From the NCBI GenBank assembly GCA_964645605.1, contig CAZYCE010000005.1, forward strand, positions 362 through 64,361: DNA of 64,000 bases, given 5' to 3'. Within the stretch, counting starts at the first letter, position 1. The number at the start of each line of letters is the position of its first letter. This DNA is from an uncultured Gammaproteobacteria bacterium. GTDB lineage: Bacteria > Patescibacteriota > Microgenomatia > UBA8517. This document shows positions 9,484 through 17,870 of this stretch, in pieces. Under the pieces are notes generated by a model. It worked only from the letters and a program-made list of their open reading frames with translations, had not been told where the DNA came from and made no database searches. The position numbers and the translations under genes are program-made.

Positions 9484-10896
9484 TCAATCTAAAGACTTAT
9501 TTACTCTGCTATTAATATTTTCTCGAAGATAGCCGCCTATTTTAGCAAATATGGTCTGTATTTGCATTTTATCCGCCTTGACTATTAAGGCCTCTATTGG
9601 AAAGCTATTGGTAATGCGCTTGCCGCTTTCTCTATTCGACAAATACAAAGACCTAAGAAGAATCCCACGATCCTGAGTGGGGGTCGCCCTGAATACAACT
9701 AGGCCGGTTTTAGTAGGTTCAATATCAAAAAGTAAACTATTTTTGAAAATAACGCCTTCATTATCGCTAGCTATACTCAAATTATCGGTATTCCAAATCG
9801 TTTGTCCCGTATTTTTGGCTAAAATTGCACCCACAAAATCGGATTCTTCGAAAATAATTGGCTGTGCAAGCGCTCCCACTATCTGACCACTTTGTTTTTG
9901 AATCGGAGCTCCTTTAATTTTAGGGATGCTTTTGTAAGAATCATAATAGGCAAAATAGGAGCCGTCATTTTTGATCCAGGAAAATTCAGAAAAAAGAGGT
10001 TCTTTATAATTCAAAACAAATGGTGTAACGGCAACTACTCTTTTATCATCCCAAACATTCTCGAAGGCATATTTATACATTTTTGCAATTTCGGACTCAC
10101 CAGTCTTTTGGTTTGACCAGCCTGTTTCTGTAATAAATACCGGCAACTGCTTGGTAACTCCCAAGGTGTTTAGATATGTCAGCTCCCAATCAAAGGTTTG
10201 AATTGAACCTCGTCCCGTATCAGTCTCTTTGCCCTCAAACCCCGGATTCGGGTAGGAATGCGATGCCCAACCGTTAAGATTGTCAAAAATATTTGGCTGG
10301 GCTTTTAGCATTCTTTTTAAAAAGGTGGTCTCATCCATGGTAATTGGTGTATTTTTAGCAGAGGCGTCAAGTCCCGCTCCTATAACAAAAAAGTCATTTG
10401 AGGCTTGATGTAGTTTTTGTGCAAATTCATTTAAGTAAGTAGAATATTCTTCCGGATTGATCTCTCCGGCCCATTCCGTTGAATGATTTGGCTCGTTTCC
10501 TATTATTACATATCTATTTTCAATTACCCAATTAAGGGAATTTAAAAAAGTAATCCAGTTTCCTATATCATCATTTTTTGGAGCTCTCCAATTTTCCCCC
10601 TCTAACTTTGTTGCTATTCGAACAATGGGGATTAGATGCATTCGTCTCATTTGATCAAAAACCTGCTGCCAACGGTCATGGTTGCGTTCGGACTCGGTTA
10701 TGACAATGGTGACATAACCCCAATCTCCTCCTGAGGAATTAACAAGGACGGCTGCGTTTTTTAAATCATTTTCATCGATTACATGAATTCCAAATTTATT
10801 ATTCGCGACCGATAGGGGATTATTCTCAGCAAGAACACAGGATTGTGTGATAAAAAGGCCCAGAAGCGAAAGAATGACTGCGAATAATTTTTTCAT
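9484..10896 (-). CDS. Secreted clan GH-A-like glycoside hydrolase
   Basis: Signal peptide; IIGNEPN acid/base motif, SHSYP, VFITETGW nucleophile motif. Confidence 0.75.
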   Translation of the reverse strand: MKKLFAVILSLLGLFITQSCVLAENNPLSVANNKFGIHVIDENDLKNAAVLVNSSGGDWGYVTIVITESERNHDRWQQVFDQMRRMHLIPIVRIATKLEGENWRAPKNDDIGNWITFLNSLNWVIENRYVIIGNEPNHSTEWAGEINPEEYSTYLNEFAQKLHQASNDFFVIGAGLDASAKNTPITMDETTFLKRMLKAQPNIFDNLNGWASHSYPNPGFEGKETDTGRGSIQTFDWELTYLNTLGVTKQLPVFITETGWSNQKTGESEIAKMYKYAFENVWDDKRVVAVTPFVLNYKEPLFSEFSWIKNDGSYFAYYDSYKSIPKIKGAPIQKQSGQIVGALAQPIIFEESDFVGAILAKNTGQTIWNTDNLSIASDNEGVIFKNSLLFDIEPTKTGLVVFRATPTQDRGILLRSLYLSNRESGKRITNSFPIEALIVKADKMQIQTIFAKIGGYLRENINSRVNKSLD

Positions 10897-10964
10897 AGAA
10901 ATTACATTTTAGCAGTTATTTGACAAAGTCAGAAACTATATTAGAATAGTGTACCCACACGATT

Positions 10965-11297
10965 ATGGCAAAAACATCCGCAATCAAAACAACCGCTAAA
11001 TCCCCATACAAAAAGGATATCTATATAAGGTGCTCGGAGCTGTTTAAAGTTATGTCCAATCCTAAAAGATTGGAGATTATGAACATCATTAAGGACAACG
11101 AAGTAACGGTGAATGAAATTTCCAAAATTATCGGCACAAGAAAATCAAACACCTCGCAACATCTTTCCTATCTCAGGTATGTGGGAATCGTAACCGCAAG
11201 GCGTGACGGAAAGAATATATATTACAAGCTAGTCGATCCGGCGGTGGTTGAGCCTATCAAGATCCTCAGTAAAATTAAAATAAACAAATATATTTAA
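10965..11297 (+). CDS. ArsR/SmtB-family transcriptional regulator
   Basis: FKVMSNPKRLEI...SNTSQHLSYLR...RRDGKNIYY. Confidence 0.9.
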   Translation: MAKTSAIKTTAKSPYKKDIYIRCSELFKVMSNPKRLEIMNIIKDNEVTVNEISKIIGTRKSNTSQHLSYLRYVGIVTARRDGKNIYYKLVDPAVVEPIKILSKIKINKYI

Positions 11298-11339
11298 TAC
11301 TTCCTTTTACAGAATCTCCCAAAAACCAGAAGGAGATGG

Positions 11340-11515
11340 TTATCATAGATGGGATTATCCCGGGTAAACAGTAAAACATTCAGGAATAAGTGGAATACCA
11401 CAATTTTCAAGAAATGGCCGGGGAAATAACAACGGAAAAAATCAGACAAATCGAAAAAGAAGCTCTCAAAATATTTAATAAAAAAACAAAGAAACTTGGC
11501 CTAGATCTAATTTAA
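11340..11515 (+). pseudogene. Remnant of a sigma-70 region-4-like HTH gene
   Basis: HNFQEMAGEITTEKIRQIEKEALK resembles TLEEVG...VTRERIRQIEAKAL; upstream part interrupted by stops. Confidence 0.5.
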
Positions 11516-11537
11516 TCTGAGTGATCTTCTGATGATA

Positions 11538-11555
11538 TGACTTTGGGAAGAATCG
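11538..11555 (-). repeat. Duplicate of the tRNA-Arg(TCT) 3' end (att-like scar)
   Basis: tgactttgggaagaatcg versus tgaccttgggaagaatcg at 11610-11627 (17/18). Confidence 0.7.
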
Positions 11556-11609
11556 CTCTGTATATTCTTTACTTGGTAGCGGTTCGAGTAAGAGAACGAG
11601 TCTCTCGAG

Positions 11610-11681
11610 TGACCTTGGGAAGAATCGAACTTCCATCTCGTCCTTAGAAGGGACTTGCTCTATCCGTTGAGCTACAAGGCC
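11610..11681 (-). tRNA. tRNA-Arg(TCT)
   Basis: Loop CT-TCT-AA, GTTCGATT. Confidence 0.92.
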
Positions 11682-11699
11682 GAAAAATTGCTCCGATTT

Positions 11700-11774
11700 T
11701 GGAGCGGCGGAAGGGATTTGAACCCTCGACCTCTTCCTTGGCAAGGAAGCATTCTACCACTGAACTACCGCCGC
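11700..11774 (-). tRNA. tRNA-Gly(GCC), CCA encoded
   Basis: GCGGCGG/CCGCCGC stem, loop TT-GCC-AA. Confidence 0.95.
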
Positions 11775-12051
11775 AATTTTTCTACAGGCTTAATTCTACA
11801 ACAAACAAGAGTAAAACTCTATTGTTCAGAGGGATTAATTTCTTCAGACAAGGGCTTTAAGAAGTGCTTCACGAATATTTCTACCAGCAAACCAACTTTT
11901 AAGAAAAACTATGGCGTGCTTATTTTTGTTTGTCTCTCGAAGATAATATTTATTCACATGCCCACCCTTTTGGGAAACAATATTTGCTAATTCTTTTATC
12001 GAATATTTTGTGTAGATAATCTAAGTATACACCTTAACGAATGTTTATAAG

Positions 12052-12124
12052 TGCTGAGACCAGGAGTTGAACCTGGATATGACGCTCTTCAGGCGCCCGC
12101 CTTGACCACCTTGGCTATCTCAGC
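12052..12124 (-). tRNA. tRNA-Phe(GAA)
   Basis: GCTGAGA/TCTCAGC stem, loop CT-GAA-GA. Confidence 0.9.
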
Positions 12125-12202
12125 GTGAACAGATGTGAGCAATGAGAAAAGCTCTACTTATCTCAGCACTCCGATCAATGCATTCTATCAAAAAAATGTG
12201 TG

Positions 12203-12276
12203 TGGTCGCTGAGGGGCTCGGACCCCCGACCTCATCGATGTAAACGATGCGCTCTAACCAACTGAGCTAAGCGACC
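12203..12276 (-). tRNA. tRNA-Val(TAC)
   Basis: Loop TT-TAC-AT; T-loop TCCGAGC. Confidence 0.92.
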
Positions 12277-12360
12277 TGGTGCACTCGGAGAGACTCGGAC
12301 TCTCACGCCTTTCGGCATAGCTCCTTAGGCTACCGCGTATACCAATTCCGCCACGAGTGC
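12277..12360 (-). tRNA. tRNA-Leu(AAG), CCA encoded
   Basis: GCACTCG/CGAGTGC stem, Leu-type D-arm, stem GTAGC/GCTAT with loop CT-AAG-GA, long variable arm, discriminator A. Confidence 0.9.
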
Positions 12361-12373
12361 ATTTCTTGCCTAG

Positions 12374-12457
12374 TGCCAAGGGCGGGACTTGAACCCGCAC
12401 GCTCTTTCGAGCACACGCTCCTGAAGCGTGCCTGTCTACCAATTTCAGCACCTCGGC
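12374..12457 (-). tRNA. tRNA-Leu(CAG)
   Basis: Loop TT-CAG-GA, long variable arm. Confidence 0.93.
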
Positions 12458-12531
12458 AAATCTAGCTCGCCAATTATATCAAAATACCCGCAAACTTGAC
12501 ATATTGTCTTCGATTATGGCATCCTGTTAAG

Positions 12532-13167
12532 ATGGAGACAGACGTTGAGCCTCTAGATACGGAATACACTTTTTGGAAAAATCTTGTACTTGTAGGGGTA
12601 TTTTTTATAATTGCCCCCCTAACGATCGGGATAAGCCTTTTTTCACTTATTTCCCTCAAGAAAAGCGATCTTAATGAAAAAAAATTCAATACAACAAACC
12701 TTGTTACTTCACCTAAATCTGGAGTAAGTGTTTACGCCTCCCTTCCTTCAAGTATCCCCACCATATCTTCTTCGATTGAAACCGCTGATGCAAGATCTCA
12801 GATCATTAAAAAATATCTCGAAAGTTATAATTCACCAATCGCTCCCTACTCGGATTTTATTGTCCAGAGCGCTGACAAATATTCTATTGATTTTAGGCTT
12901 ATAACCGCTATAGCCCAGCAAGAAAGTAACCTATGCAAGGTTATTCCGCCCGGTTCATATAACTGCTGGGGATGGGGGATAACTTCTGAAAATACTCTCG
13001 GTTTCAACTCATACACCGAAGGTATTGAAACTGTATCTATGGGTTTACGGAAAAATTATATTGATAAAGGTTATTCGACCATCGAAGAAATTATGTCCAA
13101 ATACACACCACAAAGTAATGGCTCGTGGGCGTTTGGGGTTAATTCCTTCATGGAGGCAATGCAGTAA
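12532..13167 (+). CDS. Membrane-anchored lysozyme/glucosaminidase-like protein
   Basis: TM helix; IDFRLITAIAQQES...YNCWGWG...KYTP. Confidence 0.7.
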   Translation: METDVEPLDTEYTFWKNLVLVGVFFIIAPLTIGISLFSLISLKKSDLNEKKFNTTNLVTSPKSGVSVYASLPSSIPTISSSIETADARSQIIKKYLESYNSPIAPYSDFIVQSADKYSIDFRLITAIAQQESNLCKVIPPGSYNCWGWGITSENTLGFNSYTEGIETVSMGLRKNYIDKGYSTIEEIMSKYTPQSNGSWAFGVNSFMEAMQ

Positions 13168-13198
13168 CTTCATTATTATAACTTTGAACCGGTCAAAC

Positions 13199-13227
13199 TT
13201 GACAATCCTGTAGTTTCATGCTATAGT
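13199..13227 (+). promoter_or_regulatory. Sigma-70 promoter
   Basis: TTGACA-N17-TATAGT with an extended TG. Confidence 0.8.
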
Positions 13228-13233
13228 GTAACC

Positions 13234-13318
13234 ACATTCCGAGGCTTAGGCATGGAAACATGATCTCGGCGTTGGGATTTATATTTGGGGGGTATCGAAA
13301 GATACCCCCCTTTTTTTT
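13234..13318 (+). ncRNA. Candidate structured sRNA or cis-regulatory leader
   Basis: Lies between a consensus promoter and a strong terminator; hairpin CCGAGG...CATG-GAAA-CATG...TCTCGG. Confidence 0.5.
13287..13318 (+). terminator. Intrinsic terminator
   Basis: GGGGGGTATC-GAAA-GATACCCCCC followed by T8. Confidence 0.9.
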
Positions 13319-13329
13319 ACTATAAATCT

Positions 13330-13854
13330 ATGAGAAAATTATTTACATTTCTGATAGCACTAATAGCGCAGAGCCTTATTTTCACAAACGTATCTTATGC
13401 GCAGAATATTTCCGAAGCCTCTGCATCATTTATCACAACCCCTTACGGCGAAGGGTTTGATTTTCGTGTCCAAAACTTAAGAAGATTTTTAATTAAATAC
13501 AACTCTCCCTTAGCCGACTACGCGGGAGAGTTTGTTGCCTGCGCAGATAAATACGGCCTTGATTACCGGCTTGTCCCGGCAATTACCGGCGTTGAATCTA
13601 CTTTTGGAAAGTATATTCCCTATGGATCATATAATGCCTACGGGTGGGCAAATGGAGACTTTAAATTCACTTCCTGGGAGAACTCCATTATGCACGTATC
13701 TGAGACTTTGAAAAATAAGTACATTGATCGTGGAGTAGATTCCATCTATGAAATTGCCCGGGTCTATGCGCCTCCTTCACCAACATGGGGAAGCAAGGTC
13801 ACATTTTTCGTAAACAAGATAGACGCCACTCCTCTTAACTTTGATATAATCTAA
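13330..13854 (+). CDS. Secreted lysozyme/glucosaminidase-like protein, paralogue of 12532-13167
   Basis: Signal peptide; LDYRLVPAITGVES...YNAYGW...YAPP. Confidence 0.7.
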   Translation: MRKLFTFLIALIAQSLIFTNVSYAQNISEASASFITTPYGEGFDFRVQNLRRFLIKYNSPLADYAGEFVACADKYGLDYRLVPAITGVESTFGKYIPYGSYNAYGWANGDFKFTSWENSIMHVSETLKNKYIDRGVDSIYEIARVYAPPSPTWGSKVTFFVNKIDATPLNFDII

Positions 13855-13869
13855 ACGTGGCCGGTAAAA

Positions 13870-13950
13870 GCCCTCGTGGCGGAATTTCGGCATAGGTGTA
13901 CGCTTTACGAGAGCGTAATTAAAAGCAGATGTGTCTGGATCGTTCTCGCC
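13870..13950 (+). pseudogene. Degenerate tRNA-Leu-like sequence
   Basis: Begins GCCCTCGTGGCGGAATT (Leu-type 5' half), has a TACGC/GCGTA stem with a 9-nt loop; no valid T-arm or acceptor 3' strand. Confidence 0.45.
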
Positions 13951-13958
13951 TATAGCGA

Positions 13959-14042
13959 GCCGGGGTGGTGAAATGGCATACACGCATGGTTTAGGACCAT
14001 GTGCCCTTTAAAGGCGTGCAGGTTCAACTCCTGTCCCCGGCA
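13959..14042 (+). tRNA. tRNA-Leu(TAG)
   Basis: GCCGGGG/CCCCGGC stem, loop TT-TAG-GA, long variable arm. Confidence 0.93.
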
Positions 14043-14090
14043 CATAATCTCTGAGAATACCGTCTTCAATATTTGTGCTAATATTGATTT

Positions 14091-14216
14091 ATGGATACAG
14101 TTAAGCTTCACATAAAGGTGAACCGGCATTCATTTTCCAAAAACCTTATTTTTATGATGATTCCCGTGGTTGTTTTTTTAATAACTTTTGCAGTTCTTAT
14201 CAAACTTCTCAGATGA
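14091..14216 (+). CDS. Small single-TM protein (41 aa)
   Basis: MDTVKLHIKVNRHSFSKNLIFMMIPVVVFLITFAVLIKLLR; ATGA overlap with the next gene. Confidence 0.55.
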   Translation: MDTVKLHIKVNRHSFSKNLIFMMIPVVVFLITFAVLIKLLR

Positions 14217-14704
14217 TCAAAAAACTTATTTTTTATTTCATCGCGGTCGCGCTTTTCATCGTGGCTGTGGGAATTTTTTCGCAAAAATCTTCAACCTTGT
14301 CTCTCTCTCAGCCACCCGATGTAACCGAACCTAAAGTAAACATAAACGGGAACGAGATAAATCTAAAAGTAGTCAAGACGCAACAAGACAGGGAAAAAGG
14401 CCTCGGCGGGGTTGCCTCACTTGATGCCGGATCCGGGATGCTTTTTGTTTTCGAGAATTCCGATAAACCTCAAATTTTTTGGATGAAAGATATGTTGATA
14501 CCAATTGACATTATTTGGATTAAGGATGGGAAAGTCGTAAAAATTGACAAAAATGTACAAGCTCCCGAGCCAGGTACTCCGGAAAACGACCTAGTAAGAT
14601 ATTCTTCCGGACAAAAGGTTGACTACGTTTTGGAGGTAAATGCCGGATATTCTGATGCCAACTCAATAAAAGAAGGGGACTCAGTAAGTTTTTCAGGAAT
14701 TTAG
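14213..14704 (+). CDS. DUF192-family protein
   Basis: REKGL...GMLFVF...FWMKDMLIPIDIIW...YVLEVNAG. Confidence 0.9.
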   Translation: MIKKLIFYFIAVALFIVAVGIFSQKSSTLSLSQPPDVTEPKVNINGNEINLKVVKTQQDREKGLGGVASLDAGSGMLFVFENSDKPQIFWMKDMLIPIDIIWIKDGKVVKIDKNVQAPEPGTPENDLVRYSSGQKVDYVLEVNAGYSDANSIKEGDSVSFSGI

Positions 14705-15973
14705 TGTAAACTCTTCCAGTTCTTTTACTCCTCCAAAGGCAATTCTATCAAGTACCGTGCTTGCCCCTTCAAAGCTTCTGGCCGAGGCTAGAGTGAAATC
14801 TCCCCACTTTTCATTTATTTTATCCTGAGCTTTTACCAGCTCTTTTTGTTTTGGCAGATTATTAAAAAACCCGAGTTGAATATTGTCGGATTTCGTAAGA
14901 TTAAAACAGGATACCGCCAAATTAAGTACAGGGGCGGCAGGTCTGGCTTCCAAAAGCAGCCTGAAAACAGCTTTATAAATATCTCTGGAGTCAAAATAGC
15001 TCGTACCCAAAAGCTTTCCCTTGTGCCACCATGAGCCGTTTTTATAGATGATGGCCAGGTGAACACCGGAAGCCTGATATTCAGCGTTTCTGAGCCTACT
15101 ACACATCTTCTCCGTGAGCCTGGCAAGTATGGGGGAAAGGTCGGCAATTTTGTATATATTTTTGCCAAGAGCTACCGAGTTACTAAAGCTTTTTCTTGAA
15201 GATTCAAAATCACCCGCCCGCAATGCTTTATGTGTAGCGTACGCGGGCAGGTCTATTTCATAACCCTGAAGGCGCATATGCCAATAAAGCCCTGTAATTG
15301 AATGAAAGGCTGCCTTTAGTTTCCAAACCGGAGCCTGATAAAAGTCCAAGACAGAATATATTCCCATTGCATTTAACCTAGCAGCGTTGCCCGCCTTAAT
15401 ACCTGTCAGATCCGTAAGTGCAAGTTTACCGTATATTTTTATAAAATTATCCTTATTAATTTCGTCCAAGCCGTCGGGTTTTCGTAGACCGGCAGCAATC
15501 TTGGCCAAGTATCTATTAGGCGCAATTCCGATTGATACCGTAAGCCAATCTCCTATTTCTTTTCTAATCCTGTTTTTTAACTGTTCAGCAACCTTGAAAG
15601 GTTGATCCTTACAAGCTGCATAGTCCCTGAGATTGAGAATAAATTCGTCAATGGATTTTGGGGAAAAATCGTTTGTATATTCGGAAACAAGCCTTTTTAA
15701 CTTGAGGTGCACATTTCGATACTTCCAGGGATCGGGTTTTAGGATTATCAAACGCGGAAAAATGTTTTGACCCTCAAAAACCCTCATTCCGGTTTTAATT
15801 CCTAAACGTTTAGCTTCAATTGAAGCTGCCAGAATACATCCGCCAGGGGTAGGGTAGGAAGCCACAGCCACGGGCTTTCCGCGTAGGAAAGGATTAGCCT
15901 GTTGCTCAATACTCGCAAAGCAAGAATTAAGATCCATGTGCAGGTTAAAAGACGGGCTGCTGTTAAATTCCAC
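14693..15973 (-). CDS. dinB: Y-family DNA polymerase IV
   Basis: HMDLNSCFASIEQ, ASIEAKRLG, SIDEF, SIGIAPNRYLAKIA...KPDG, C-terminal QLGFF clamp motif. Confidence 0.9.
   Translation of the reverse strand: MEFNSSPSFNLHMDLNSCFASIEQQANPFLRGKPVAVASYPTPGGCILAASIEAKRLGIKTGMRVFEGQNIFPRLIILKPDPWKYRNVHLKLKRLVSEYTNDFSPKSIDEFILNLRDYAACKDQPFKVAEQLKNRIRKEIGDWLTVSIGIAPNRYLAKIAAGLRKPDGLDEINKDNFIKIYGKLALTDLTGIKAGNAARLNAMGIYSVLDFYQAPVWKLKAAFHSITGLYWHMRLQGYEIDLPAYATHKALRAGDFESSRKSFSNSVALGKNIYKIADLSPILARLTEKMCSRLRNAEYQASGVHLAIIYKNGSWWHKGKLLGTSYFDSRDIYKAVFRLLLEARPAAPVLNLAVSCFNLTKSDNIQLGFFNNLPKQKELVKAQDKINEKWGDFTLASARSFEGASTVLDRIAFGGVKELEEFTLNS
15213..15251 (-). repeat. 39-bp GC-rich palindrome inserted in frame in dinB
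   Basis: CCTGCCCGC...GCGGGCGGG hairpin encoding LPAYATHKALRAG. Confidence 0.7.
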
Positions 15974-16196
15974 TTTCCACCTCCTCCAGTCTCCAGCTTA
16001 GATCGTCCGTATCTAAACTTAATCTCATAAACAAGGTTTTTGTGGCTATTGAGTAAATATGGTAAAGAGTCCTGCCCTTACGATAGGTGTGGTGAAGCCC
16101 CACCCTTTCAACTTTATAAACTCTATTTTTCCACTTAACCCATCTCGGGTAGGCATTCATTCCGACTTCGATTTTCTCGTTTATTGGCTCCGCCAT
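15963..16196 (-). CDS. Small DinB-associated protein (DUF6504-like beta domain)
   Basis: P.WVKWKNRVYKV...W.LEEV; overlaps the dinB start by 11 nt. Confidence 0.65.
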   Translation of the reverse strand: MAEPINEKIEVGMNAYPRWVKWKNRVYKVERVGLHHTYRKGRTLYHIYSIATKTLFMRLSLDTDDLSWRLEEVESGI

Positions 16197-16268
16197 AACA
16201 TGGTTATATACCCGAAGAAAAAGCGAATCAAGTATATCTTTCCCCATCTTTTATGCTAAAGTGGAAGA

Positions 16269-17276
16269 ATGAAAAGGGGAATCATCTGGGTAATAATTGC
16301 GGCAGTTTTTATACTTATCGGCTGGTTCGGGCATGTTCTTTTTATGCTTCCAAGAAATTCAAATCAAATTACCCAAACCCTTTTCCCGATCAAACCCACA
16401 CCTCTAGCCAAATACACTATTCAAAACTTATCAAATACCGATTTTGAGGCGTCTAAAATCGAGATTGGAGATGTGCTTTCGGAAACCGATAAGTTCACTT
16501 CATACAAGTATACTATGAGCTTTAGCCCAGATTTATCAGGAAGCCTCAAAACAGTCTCGGGAATGATAAATATCCCGAAAGGAGAAGGGACTTTCCCAGC
16601 AGTAGTAATGTTTAGGGGATTTGTAAGCCAGGAAACATACATAATCGGCACAGGCACTAAACCCTCGGCCAAAGTTTTTGCTGAAAATGGTTATATTACA
16701 ATAGCCCCGGATTTTCTGGGATATGCCGACTCAGATAAAGAAGCCTCCGATATTTTTGAATCGCGATTTCAAACATGGGTAACTGCGGCGGTAACTTTAA
16801 AATCCGTTAACTCAATTTCTAAGTGGGACGGGAAAAATATTTTCATCTGGGGGCACTCAAATGGTGGACAAATTGCCTTAACCACTCTTGAAATAACGGG
16901 CGTAGACTATCCGACAGTTCTTTGGGCTCCGGTATCGATACGGTTTCCCGCATCAATCCTCTATTACATTGCGGATGCCGAAGATGGGGGAAAACTTCTA
17001 ATATCCAAGCTGTCCGAATTTTACGAAACTTATAACGCCGAGGAATTTTCACTTACAAACTATTTTTCCAAAATAAAAGCACCTATTGAAATTAACCAGG
17101 GTACTTCCGACACGGCTGTACCGTACTGGTTAAGTGATGCTTTATATGATGAACTAAAGGAGGCCAGCGTCACTGCTACATATATTAAATACCCGGGTAA
17201 TGATCACAATATGAGGCCGAATTGGAACACGGTTGTAGAAAATTCTTTACTTTTTTTCAATTCTCATAAGAAGTAA
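16269..17276 (+). CDS. Membrane-anchored alpha/beta hydrolase (S9 peptidase-like)
   Basis: GHSNGG nucleophile elbow, QGTSDTAVP, YPGNDHN. Confidence 0.85.
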   Translation: MKRGIIWVIIAAVFILIGWFGHVLFMLPRNSNQITQTLFPIKPTPLAKYTIQNLSNTDFEASKIEIGDVLSETDKFTSYKYTMSFSPDLSGSLKTVSGMINIPKGEGTFPAVVMFRGFVSQETYIIGTGTKPSAKVFAENGYITIAPDFLGYADSDKEASDIFESRFQTWVTAAVTLKSVNSISKWDGKNIFIWGHSNGGQIALTTLEITGVDYPTVLWAPVSIRFPASILYYIADAEDGGKLLISKLSEFYETYNAEEFSLTNYFSKIKAPIEINQGTSDTAVPYWLSDALYDELKEASVTATYIKYPGNDHNMRPNWNTVVENSLLFFNSHKK

Positions 17277-17287
17277 TATAAAATTAC

Positions 17288-17613
17288 ATGTTGGCTGAGA
17301 GAGCTACACATTAAAAGTCCGTTATTCCGATTCTCGTTTGCAAGCCATTCTTGACACTTACGCCAGCGGAAAACGTAGTAGTCAAGAGCTTGAAAATGTC
17401 ACCTTAAGGAAAAAGCACGAGATGGAATATCTGGTCGGCGAGCAATTCGAGGCTAAATTCAACCGTTATGCTTCCCGGTTAGCCATAGTTGAAAGTGCCA
17501 GGGACACATCCACAACCAATTACGTTCACGACGGAATAGACAGGTGTCTATATTTTATTTCTCACCCGAATTTACCCTCTTCCCGTACAATAAAAGGCTT
17601 ACAAAAAAATTGA
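17288..17613 (+). pseudogene. Frameshifted lineage-specific hypothetical protein
   Basis: MLAERATH-stop, followed in another frame by the 91-aa ORF 17338-17613. Confidence 0.3.
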
Positions 17614-17870
17614 GGAGCACAGGAAATCTAGGTAATACAAACAACTTAATGGATTTCGGATCGTGATTAACTGCAGTTCAAAAATTAAGAAGCCAGAATT
17701 TAGAAGACAATTTCCAAGAAAGGTTGAAATAATAAAAAATATTCTTTCTAAAGATAGCTAACTCTTTCAAAATCCGCCTGACGACTAATTTATACGCAAC
17801 AAATACCTTTATCGAATTTGCTGCTAACTATCTTTTGAAACCTAAACAAATACTGATACCGAGTACCTAA

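Noticed and set aside
11840-12020. Short minus-strand open frame SIKELANIVSQKGG...REALLKALV
   Set aside because: No canonical start codon and no recognisable family.
12125-12170. Partial copy of the tRNA-Phe 5' end (GCTGAGATA) in its leader
   Set aside because: Only about 9-10 bp, which is too short to separate from chance or an old duplication.
11475-12451. ORFs 11475-11744, 11655-11990 and 12254-12451 (also 7110-7304 and 13777-13983)
   Set aside because: These are translations of tRNA genes or their antisense strands.
13239-13269. SRP RNA or c-di-GMP/c-di-AMP riboswitch identity for the hairpin
   Set aside because: It lacks the SRP AGCAG internal-loop strand and the consensus elements I recall for those riboswitches; kept as an orphan candidate.
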